A DNA stretch of 64,000 bases from Tubulanus polymorphus. Taxonomy: Eukaryota; Animalia; Nemertea. This document shows, piece after piece, positions 24,829 to 35,663 of the stretch. The DNA is taken from positions 9,288,275-9,352,274 of the forward strand of contig NC_134032.1 of the NCBI RefSeq assembly GCF_964204645.1, given 5' to 3'. Both the position numbers and the translations under genes were made by a program. Positions within the stretch are counted from its first letter, which is position 1. Every line of letters begins with the position of its first letter. The notes under the pieces were generated by a model. That model saw only the letters and a program-made list of their open reading frames with translations, was not told the origin of the DNA and searched no databases.

Positions 24829-25290
24829 TTTTTACCCCTCAGCCGTAGGATGCAAGGGGTATTGTTGTCACATGTGTCCGGACGGGCGGGCAGATGGGCG
24901 GGGAGATGGGCGTGCAGACGGACGGGCAGACGGGCGTGCAGATATTCTTCCCACTCTGCAGGCTTCAGTTTTTCGTTGATTTTCTTGTGACTTGGTTTGT
25001 TTATTTCAGGTGTGAGGAAGATGAGCCCTATTGTTTTTGACAAATATAGGTCATCCAAGATGGCCTCCACAGTCGTTTTGATGTGTGAAATAGCTATTTT
25101 TAAGCTTGTTCCCGCTCTACAGACTTAAGTTTATGGTTGATTTTCTTGTGACTTGGTTTGTTTGTTTTAGGTGTGTGATGGATGAGCTCTATTGTTTTTG
25201 ACAAATTTAGGTCATCCAAGATGGCCATCACAGTCGTTTTGATGTGTGAAATAGCCATTTTGAAGCTTGTTCCCGCTCTACAGACTTAAG
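24829..25290 (+). mobile_element. Helentron/DINE-1-like non-autonomous element fragment
   Basis: TTTTTACCCC...GGGGTATT short subterminal hairpin, a (GACG/GGCG)n microsatellite at 24878-24940, then two ~160-bp tandem units. Confidence 0.6.
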
Positions 25291-25562
25291 AAAAGGGTTT
25301 GCACGTGTTTTCTGTAAGTCCCAACCCTCGGTTATTGCTGTCGTTTGTTCCTGTTCCTTGTCCATACTATCCAATGTGAGATGGACTGGTTCCGGTGTAT
25401 TGGTGGCAAACTGCGGGTTCGGACTACGTAGACAACATATTCCGTTTCCACTTCACGGGTCATCCTCGCTTGTCAGGGGTTCCGTATCGCTCCCCGAACT
25501 CGCTTCCACAAACCCCCCAAAACGAGCGCTGATTGGTCGGACACCTCGTGTCATTTGTTACA

Positions 25563-26441
25563 ACCTTCGGTTATCTGAGTTAGTCGACTATGGTCGAACT
25601 AAGCGAAATCGAATGTCCGTTAGTCGGAACTATATTCCGGAAATAGTTCGAAAATCAAGCGCATTTGGTTATTAGTTCCAACCAGTAGTCGACTAGATGC
25701 GAAAACCAAATTTGGCCGCGCGACGCGTTGATTTCATTACTGGCGCTTTCTGCGCATGACGTCATATATCAACTTGCGAAATACTTCCTTGTTTGGTGCA
25801 GACGGGTGTCACTGCACTGGGTGCGTACGCAGAATTCGCTCGTGTGCGGACGCTTAATGGCGTGGTTTGCTGTTGGACAATCACCCCTTTTCAATACGCT
25901 GCTTGCCATAATTGTTGATCGGCATCATTTATATTTCACACTGAAATAACACTGCTATATACGCATGGTGAAGCGTTGGGAGGTTTGTGTGACTGAAACG
26001 TTAAACCATAAGGAAACAACATGGACATATTTTGAATAGCAAAAAGAGTTTATTTTTTCTTGTACAAATTCGTTAATTTTCCCATTACATCTCTCTTGCC
26101 GATTATCTCAATACTGATTCTCATTTTAACCCAATCAGAAATTACTAATATTTGAGACAGTGAACGCAATACCAAATAAAATCCGCGATACTACCGTAAC
26201 GGTGGTAGCGGTGGTTAAAATATGATGGCGTTAATGTCTTTTTCCACGCTAATAAACGACGAACTTCCAGTAACAAAACGTTGACCAAATTCGGTTTTCG
26301 TATCTAGTCGACTAGTGGTCGGAACTAATAACCGAATGCGCTTAATTTTCGAACTATACCCGGACTATAGTTCCGACTAACGGACATTCGGTTTCACTTA
26401 CGTAGTTCGATTATAGTCGACTAACTCAGATAACCGAAGGT
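25563..26441. mobile_element. Non-autonomous DNA transposon with ~155-bp TIRs
   Basis: ACCTTCGGTTATCTGAGTTAGTCGACTA... at 25563-25717 is the reverse complement of ~26283-26441. No clear TSD. Confidence 0.8.
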
Positions 26442-26706
26442 GGCCCATGGCAGCGTACAAAATGGTGACCACAGTTCGGTTCGGTCTATATACGGCGCGT
26501 ATATTATTACGTTCGCAATAGCCGTACATGAATTTCTCGTCCGAATCGAGATCGGTAAAAAACGCGTCTCCCAGTTTCTGATTGGTCGGACGGCTCAACT
26601 CCAGAACAGGTGAAAGTAGATCTGCGGGTTGGTTCCAACATTTTCACTGAGAAAAGTATTAATACGCGCAGATCGATAGAAAGAGGCACGTGAAGTAATT
26701 TTCAAA

Positions 26707-27228
26707 AGTCGGCAATCGGCAATCGGCAATCAGAAACCTGATAGTCGACCATTTCTCGGGTCGGCAGTCGGCAATCGGCAATCAGAAACTTGATTGTCGA
26801 CCATTTCTCGGGACGGCAATCGGCAATCAGAAACTTGATTGTCGACCATTTATCGGATCGGCAGTCGGCAATCAGAAACTCGATTGTCGACCATTTCTCG
26901 GGTCGGCAATCGGCAATCGGCAATCAGAAACCTGATTGTCGACCATTTCTCGGGTCGGCAGTCGGCAATCAGAAACCTGATTGTCGACCATTTTTCGGGT
27001 CGGCAATCGGCAATCGGCAATCAGAAACTTGTTTGTCGACCATTTTTCGGGTCGGCAGTCGGCAATCGGCAATCAGAAACCTGATTGTCGACCATTTCTC
27101 GGGTCGGCAGTCGGCAATCGGCAATCAGAAACCTGATTGTCGACCATTTCTCGGGTCGGCAATCGGCAATCAGAAACCTGATTGTCGACCATTTCTCGGG
27201 TCGGCAATCGGCAATCGGCAATCAGAAA
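26707..27228. repeat. Minisatellite: (GGCARTC)2-3 + AGAAACCTGATTGTCGACCATTTCTCGGGTC
   Basis: About 10 units with a variable number of 7-mers and a SalI site in each unit. Confidence 0.95.
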
Positions 27229-27235
27229 CCAATCA

Positions 27236-27505
27236 CCCACAGCATCTATTTCACCCTCACAATCGCAGCATCTATATCGCCATCACAATCGCAGCATCTA
27301 TACCACCCTCACAATCACAGCATCTATATCGCCCTCACAATCACAGCACCTATATCACCCTCACAATCACAATTTCTATATCGCCCTCACAATCACAGCA
27401 TCTATATCACCCTTACAATCACAATTACATCTATTTCACCCTCACAATCGCAGCATCTATATCGCCATCACAATCGCAGCATCTATATCGCCCTCGCAAT
27501 CACCA
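27236..27505. repeat. ~24-bp minisatellite (CACAATCRCAGCATCTATATCGCCCT-like)
   Basis: About 10 tandem units directly abutting the previous array. Confidence 0.92.
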
Positions 27506-27870
27506 TTCAGAAATCTAATTATATATAGGCCGAAACGTTGCTTAGATATAATAAATGACTGTATATATGATAATACCTTATAACAGGTGTAAATGTAACT
27601 CCAGACTCCATTGTCTCGTCTCCATCCGTCCAACCAATACTCGTCACGTGGACACCGACAGAATACCGCGTCCATTCGTGGATTCCATCGTTTCACATCT
27701 GTAATTAGCTGAGCAGCGATGGTTTCGTTCTGGTACTGCCGCGTGTTTGTGATGTTTGAACAGAATTTGTATTGAAACTGTTGGTCACCTGGAAAAGTGG
27801 AAAATTTCGGAGTCGATTTAACGAGATGTAGACTTTCACTAGCTTAGTTTTGGATGAGCTGTTTGTTAAC

Positions 27871-28015
27871 CTGGGGTCTGTTTGCACAGTCGGGGCTTAA
27901 ACTTAAGACCAGTCTAAGACCATTTTAGTTATATAACCAATCTAACAACTTAAGACCAGTCTTAAGATTTAAGACCACTTTTGGACTTTAAGCCACTACT
28001 GCGCAACCAGCCCCA
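27871..28015. mobile_element. Short palindromic MITE (TAAGACCA subrepeat family)
   Basis: CTGGGGTCTGTTTGCACAGT...ACTGCGCAACCAGCCCCAG ends; related pieces at 19040-19270, 28020-28240 and 28505-28555. Confidence 0.6.
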
Positions 28016-29588
28016 GGGTATAATCAATATCTATGACCTACTTAGTTCTATAGTTTAACAATTTAAGGACTTAATTTTAAAGACGATATAGGTTCTATAG
28101 CTAATCTAACAGTTTAGGTAGCGACTGAACTAAAAAAGTGGTCTTATATTTGATGACTGGTCTTAAGTTGTCGACTTGCTACAGAACTAAGTTGGTATTT
28201 GACTAGCCTTAAATCTAAGCGATGACTATGCAACTGACCCACAGCACTGGTGTCAAATGAGTAAAAAACAAATAGTATATTGAAGGCTAACTTGATTTTA
28301 TTAGAAATACCAGTATCGGGTAACGGAGTTATTTGTAGTCGCCAGTACAGTGCTTTTGACATCACTCATTTACCCGATTAAGCTACTATACACTTTCAGT
28401 ACTACACAGTAGCTTTCGCTACTAGTGCAAAGTAGCTACATCGGAGCATGGACGTATAAACTAGATTTATACGTCCATGATCGGAGTAATGGGTAGCTTT
28501 CGGTGACTGTGCAACCAGCCCCAGGGTATAATCAATATCTAGGACCAACTTAGTTCAGTTGATTTGACAGGTCTTAATTAGTAGCTTCCGCGGGTAAATT
28601 ATGTAGCTTTCGCTATTAGTCCAAAGTAGCTACATCGGGGAAATGGATAGCTTTCGGTATTACTGCAAAGTACAGGTAGCTTCATCAGATGATTAGTTTT
28701 TGCTACTACATTGACTGTACTTATGAGACTAGTAGTGAAAACACGTACTATCCACAGTAAATCAGTTAACTATTTTTGTCTTAACGTTCTATCATAGGAA
28801 TAAAACAATGTAAAAGACACAATGAAAAATTTAGAAATATCAAATATGCACTAAATACTCCGAAACTACAAACGGTTATTACCTTGTTGATAACCACTGA
28901 CTGAATGGTATTTATAGTGGAAATGTTTCATGTTCGGAGTAATTTCGACTTTTTTTCCGTGTTTTTTTTGCGGCATTTTTATTGTAAGATTGACACGGGA
29001 CGCATAATTGCGAATTCACCGAACTATTGGTTTTTATTTAAAAGTTTTATTCATAGGTTGATTTATCAGTTTATATCAATATCCCGGGGCAGCATTGTCA
29101 GTGTGTCCTGATGGACAGATAATTATCCTTATATTATACCATAAATCAGAGAGGTAATTAAGGAAATTAAACTATCATAATAAATTCAGTTTTCTTTACT
29201 TCGAAGTTTTGATTCTATTCATCGTCCATTAATTTTATCAAAGGTACATAAGGAAGATCCTGTTTATGTTGTTTTTTGGCTTTATCTATTTGTGTTACAC
29301 TGAGTGTGATGATGGCCGGAGAGACAATTTAATCCTTAATAATTCTCTAAATAAAGCCGATATTTACATGAACATAGAATGATGATAAATGATGATGATG
29401 CTGGTGGAGTGACAACGATCCTAATCGTTTTCAAGATTGAAACAAGGAAATGAAATCATTATATAAAAACCCCAACTCAGTTTTCTGATTCGTAAAGCTG
29501 ATCGTATCGGTCTGTGTGAAAAGGCGCAGTTTTTTGGTTGTGGTTCACAGTTAGTTGTTTAGTATTTATCGCGGGTGTCTGTTTGAAT

Positions 29589-31587
29589 ATGGAGTTGATG
29601 ATGAAGAGTTTGTTTGTGGTCGCTATAATTTTATTCGTCGAGAATTCTCAAGGTAAGCGAATAAATAATATTAATATCACTTAATACTGATTAGATTTGT
29701 TGATTAAGAATTTTACAAGAAAACTATTGTGATCAGTGCCGTCACACAGGTACCGATCTGGGGAACTCTCTAAACTAATGGTCTCAAACGGTCACTATTA
29801 CCTCACTAAACGGCCAGTATGACGCGTTGTTCAGGGACTCGTTTCAAGGACAGTTGTTTATTTCAAAAAAGGAATGAATTTTCTCAAAACAGCAACTACC
29901 TGTTGGTAGAATGGCACCGGTCAAACTAGACAATAGGTTTTAAAACCACAATATACATAATTTAAAAGATTAATAACAGATAATCAAAATCAAATGATAT
30001 TTCTATTATCCTCAGCCTCGAACCCGGAACTTCCAGTGTGCCAGGCTATCACGCTAACCACTCGACCATAAAGTATGACGTAGTTTGTCTGGTCAGTGTC
30101 CAGATGTGGTGCCGACTGATGACTAGTCAGGTGTCTGACCATTTAGCTGTGGTGCCGACTGATGACTAGTCAGCTGTGGTGACCTAGTGACCAGTCCAGT
30201 GACTGGTGACCACTCAGTTGTGGTGACCTGGTGATCAGTGTGGTGTGGTAACTGATGACCAGTAAGCTGTGGTGACCTGGTGACCAGTCCAGTGACTGGG
30301 GACCACTCAGTTGTGGTGACCTGGTGATCAGTGTGGTGTGGTAACTGATGACCAGTCCTTTTTTATAAACTGGTATTAACTTCGACCCGAAGGCTAACTA
30401 AATTCATTATCAGTTGAGTTAGCCCTCGGGTCTATACTACCGCTCTATAAGTTCATAGATACGGGTATTTTTCTATACAGTATTGACAGATGAGAACACC
30501 GACTCGATTTGTAGCGGCTGGTTGTTATTTAGAAAACAGAACGGAGCTTCAGGTGTCATAACTGGTCCTAACTACCCGGGCACTTATGGCGACAACCTGT
30601 ACTGTGTTTGGCGGATTGAAACACCTCAAAACATTGTAAATATAAAACACAGGAAATTCTGAAATATATTCGCAGTTAGGAAAACTAGAAATATAATCAA
30701 AAATATTTTTGTCAGCACAACCTGGACTAATGTAGAATGGAACTTAGAACCAGCCCAAAATCGGGTGCTGAACTGATTAACTATTACATCACGTTATGAA
30801 TTATCAATAGGGGTAACCCTTAATCATTACTTCCAGTTAGAATGTAGTGAAAATATTTACGAAATAATTAAACAATCATATTAATTTTATTTAAGAGTTG
30901 CATAGTTCAAAGTTGAATCTGATTTGATCCAAAATTCTACGTGAAATCCTTAAATAACCACGTGACTGATTCTATTTTTAGTTGTTAAGGAAATCGTTTG
31001 ATCCTATTTTCGAAGTGGAATCCTATACGACAAGTGATACTCGTTATTGCCGTGACAAAGTATTCATATTTACATACCGATCCTGTAAGAATCGGATAAT
31101 CTAATTTAAAACTCGATGTTAAATGAATAAATGAAGAAATATCTGCGATTTATTCAGTTTACAATTTTCAAATCCTGCTAAAAGTATGTCATTGATTTGT
31201 TTTTTTATTTTTACGGCAGATAATAATAATAATAATAATAATAATAATCGTTATGTATATTGCGGCAATACAGCGCCACCTACACGCTATTATTCCGGTG
31301 AGGTAGATATCCGGTTTACATCAGACAACTCTAGTAGTTACCATAAAGGGTTTAAACTTCGTTGGTGGTTGTTGGAAGGTAACTCATAATGAGAAGTTTC
31401 TCTTCGAATCAGTAAATTACATATAAAACAATAAATTCACTATTTATTTGTAGTTGATTCGCGGCTGTGTAGTAAAACACCTATAATACAGAATGGTAGA
31501 TCAGGTGTCATAACCAGCCCTAACCATCCGGGCAACTATTACAAAAGACTGAACTGTAGCTGGGCGATTGTAGTACCTGAAAAAACG
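29589..31587 (+). CDS. Secreted CUB-domain protein; exons 29589-29652, 30481-30635, 30982-31084, 31220-31378, 31454-31587; 3' part not found (possibly truncated)
   Basis: Signal peptide MELMMKSLFVVAIILFVENSQ, CUB1 (SGVITGPNYPGTYGDNLYCVWRI...YCG...FTSDNS..HKGFKL) and the start of CUB2 (SGVITSPNHPGNY...NCSWAI). Splice phases are compatible. Confidence 0.8.
30090..30357. repeat. Complex GT-rich tandem repeat in the first CUB intron, preceded by a tRNA-SINE head (-) at ~30012-30070
   Basis: Repeated CTGTGGTGACCTGGTGACCAGT and GTGGTGCCGACTGATGACTAGTCAG units. Confidence 0.85.
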
Positions 31588-33014
31588 GTAAATATTTGGT
31601 CTATGAGAAAAATGATGTCGGGTTTACTGAACTAGTTGGAGCTCAATGGGGGCTGAATTCAGTTAACTAACCCGGGATTTAGTTCAATTGATAACTCTAG
31701 GGTAAAGTTAAAACTGATATACAGGGCGTCTTAAAAATGTGTTACCGTAGCTTAAAATTGCTGGAGTTGAACCAATATAAGAAATAAGGATTATTGCATT
31801 GTGTGCGTGTATTAATAAATGATCTGTTGTCATATGACATGATTTGAGACATGACATAAATAAACTTAGACAAATTTCCCCTTAATAAAATTGTTGGTCC
31901 TCCTTACAAATTAAGCTGCTCCTGATTTGTTAAATATGGTAACTTTTTTTTCCGATGCACACTTGAGCTCCACAATTTTGACTCATCAGATTCAGTATTT
32001 CCCAAAATTTGTTACTCTCCGAAGACTAAAGTTTTCGATTCATGTTGGAGATATGTTTTGGATACCTCGGTTTTTACACAGGTAAATACACTACAAGTGA
32101 AATCCAGTGATTCAGTGATCAATATCTCAACAGGCAGCAGCTGGTCATTTAACAATAAACGTACACAATGGAATCCGTAGTTTTTGGCTTGAATCTAAGG
32201 CCAATCAATCCTCATGCAGGTCTACCAACCATACCCCTCCCCTCCCCAAGAAAATAGTTAAAATTACATGTATAGTTAATGAATTGTGTATCACATTTTC
32301 TGAGACACCCTGTATATATCGGGTCCTACATTCTGTCTTGCTCAGGATTTTTCTGGGCCCCGCGATTTTTCGTCTGTCAACATCACTTCGCTCAGCGAAG
32401 TTTGTTTACATCGTTGATATGGTAATGTCTTCCAGGAAGTCATCGCGATTGAAAAATCAATAGGTCTTATAGTCAAACTAAGTCAGGCTGTCCTACCACT
32501 TCTTAGTATGAATTAGATTATAATTCCACGATCATGACCTGCCAGAATAATGTTCATTTATTAGAACACCACCCAGACCGTGGCGCATTTTTTTCTGAAC
32601 TGAGGCCGGCGCCGTTCTCTTCAATTAACTCACCTCACTGATGACAATTGCCTCATGCCTATTAGCTCAAAATTTCAGCTTGAACAGTCGTCATAAATCC
32701 TGATTTTGGCAATATTAATTAGACGTATTCCGAAAGGCACGCACGCATGGCTACTGTCTTGATCTGTTCATAGTGATTTGAGTTCTATGATCTGTTCACG
32801 CACGCAGTAGACGTATCGTATAGGCCTATATAAGTTTGTAAGCTGCCTAACAAAAAATCAATCAATGTATCAAACACTTCCAAACTTACTATTAAAAAAC
32901 ATATTTCTCTACGGCTAACTTTTACTTACTGTACATCAACGCAAGTTTTTGCGCGAGAATTTAAAAAAAAACGGTTTTTGAAAACCAAAAAATTGGTTCG
33001 ATTAATTTTTTCAG

Positions 33015-33372
33015 ATTTTGGCACTGGGGCCCGCCGGTCTTAACTGATGACAAAATTGTCGCCAGCGACAATCAACCATCCCCGACATCTGTACACGTTG
33101 TTCCTGAAACTTGCGTGGCAGATGCAGGTTCTGATCATCATCGATCGAAGAAAAGGATATCCTCTGCAGACATCACCGCAGCGCAGTACAAAAATCAGTT
33201 TGAGGATCGAAAACGCATTAAATTGGACTGTGAACGGTTGCAGCTTAAGGTCGATTGTCTGAAGTTGGAGAAAGAGAACTTCATATTGAAAAACGCAAAG
33301 CTGCAACTAGAAATTTTTGCTTTGCAAAATTCGATGGGTGTTACAATTGAAATGAAAAACCAAGAAGAATAG
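33015..33372 (+). CDS. Last exon of a probable Harbinger accessory (Myb/SANT-type) protein; coiled-coil C-terminus
   Basis: Acceptor TTTTTTTCAG, open frame, and heptad-like LDCERLQLKVDCLKLEKENFILKNAKLQLEI. It converges on the transposase gene, as in Harbinger elements. The SANT domain itself was not found. Confidence 0.55.
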
Positions 33373-33406
33373 TGCTCCACGATTTGATAGAAAATTTCGA
33401 ATAATT

Positions 33407-35663
33407 CTATTGCAATTCAAATTTTATTGTTAAAAAATTTATTGTTAACATGTTATCTTTTTCATTTTTTTGCGAATAGAAAGGTTTCGCAAAGAAGGTG
33501 TTCACAAAATAGTCGCGCATTAGCTTTCCCGTTTGAGGTTCTTCAGCTTGGACCTCCCCAGGGACGTCGTCCACTCCAATCTCTCCAATTTCAGGTTCAT
33601 TAAACAGAATTGCCATGTTGTGCAATACGAAGCAAGCCATGATAACAGTACACGCTTTCTCCGGTGCTAAGCGTACCTCTCCGTGCAGGATTGCAAAACG
33701 TCTTTTCAATCTTCCGAACGATCGCTCCACTCCTGAACGAGTTCTCTTGTGTGAGATATGATATCTGCAAGAAAAACTAATTCTTCAGAAATAATAGTAC
33801 AGAGGAAATAAAAGCGAAAATAAATTCAAATATATTTTCTATTTACCGTATTTGAGAATCTCCAACAGGTTGAAGAAATGGAGTCATTAAGTATGGCTTC
33901 AATGCATATCCGGAATCTCCCAGTAAAACGCCATCAGTTAAGCCCCGATGTGTAGCCTCTAGGTGTCTATAGTGTAACAAAATGTGTGATGTTATGACCG
34001 CAGAATTGAAAACTACCGGAGAGTTGCGTCAATTAACCGAGTAGAGTACGGTACTGCAAAAACAGCTTATTGCGGCGCAAGCTACCACAATAATTGTCTT
34101 GAAAATAAGAATCAACCATATCTTAATAGAACTGTAAATATTTTCCTTGAAATGATACATTCAAAACTATCAAACACCACAGATCTTATCAACCTGGATG
34201 AAGCGAATTCGAGATAATTGATCCACATGGACTGACTGGAGTCTTGTACTTACCTACCAAGAGCTGAAGCTCTGAAGATATGGGAATCATGGACAGACCC
34301 AGGCCATTTCGCAACAACATTAGTGAATTTTCCTTTAAAGAATATTCATAGCGAACATTTTATAAAGCACAAAGGTTTCCGGCCCCTTGAATGACCAATG
34401 AAAAATAGAATTGAAATGAAACTAAAATCTTGTTGATCTTATCTTGGTAACTACTGCGTACTTCGATTTCCGATTTCAAAATCAAACCCCCTCTGTTTCG
34501 CTCCCGGCAGGTGTGGTGGGTCTGTAAGGGACACTCAATCGAAAAATCAAACAAAATTTACCAGCCAAATAAATAAATAATGGGGACAATCTCTTTTTAA
34601 GATAAGAAAATGTACTCTCTTTATGATTCTTTACCTGTGTGGTCACAGACAGCCTGAACGTTTATGCTAGGATATCGTTTCCTGTTGATAAAAGCCGGCT
34701 CGTCAACTGATGGCCGGATGATTCTAATGTGAGTTCCATCAATCAATCCAATAGCATTTGGGAACCGGCCTAATTCATAGATACCCTGCTTGGTCGCACT
34801 GATTTCTTCTTCCGAGTTAGGCCAAACAATGAACCTATCTTTTACACTAACGAGCGCGCAACATACTGAATATGCGACTCGAGAAACAGTCGCTTTCGAA
34901 ATACCGATTGTGTCTCTTACAGTTGACATAAACGATCCAAGAAGAAAGACACTAAATATTTGGATGGATATATGAAAGCTGTGGGTACTGGAGTGTGTAA
35001 TGGGTAGTGTAGTGTGATCTGTGTGCATTTGTGGCTAGCACACAGATCACATTGTTCATTGGGGTTTGGTCCAGGACTCGTGAGATTTTCAACAACACGG
35101 AAGTAACGTGTAATAAATAAATGATGACTTGAATTGCATGACTACCTACCACCCCTCATTATTGTTGGAAAACTAAACGTTCCGCACTGACTAAAAATTA
35201 GTAATAACATTTTAGAAATGGCCAGAATTTCAACTTAGGTTCTATCTCATTTTTATTTTACAATTGCGATTGGTATACATTTTTTTTAAACGGCCATTAA
35301 GGCTTCATGTTTCGTCTGCAATTCACTGCAAATAGTTACGCAACTACGCACATTTCAGTGTTTTTGGCAGCTGTACATTCAATCGGCACCGTTCGTGACT
35401 AGCTTCACTGCGGAATTATCATTAATTAACATCGCCATATCACATCATCAACTTATATTGTGCCTTAAAACCCTAACAGCCAAAATAATTGAAATGCACA
35501 CACGATTTCTATCATTGAAAATTGAGAGAGTGGCCATGTTTGTGTTCTGCTGCTTCGCGTAAATACCGCGCGGTGGCGCAACCGCGCGGAGTGGGGCCGA
35601 TACGTCCAGTGGCTAGATATCGTAGCGTTACTAGCACTTGGTGCTCCACAGAAAGGCTTTTAT
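33407..35663 (-). mobile_element. PIF/Harbinger DDE transposase (HARBI1-like), intron-containing and disrupted; pieces 35663-35605, 34939-34635, 34332-34254, 33966-33847, 33764-33407
   Basis: SVEHQVLVTLRYLATG / [82 protein letters not shown]. The catalytic D, D and E are present; the N-terminus is missing. Confidence 0.92.

Noticed and set aside
26702-27583. Multiple overlapping ORFs up to 242 aa
   Set aside because: They are translations of two minisatellites, with no splice or domain support.
33407-35663. Domesticated HARBI1 host gene
   Set aside because: It is interrupted by an insertion, lacks its N-terminus and is paired with a convergent accessory ORF, which fits a transposon relic.
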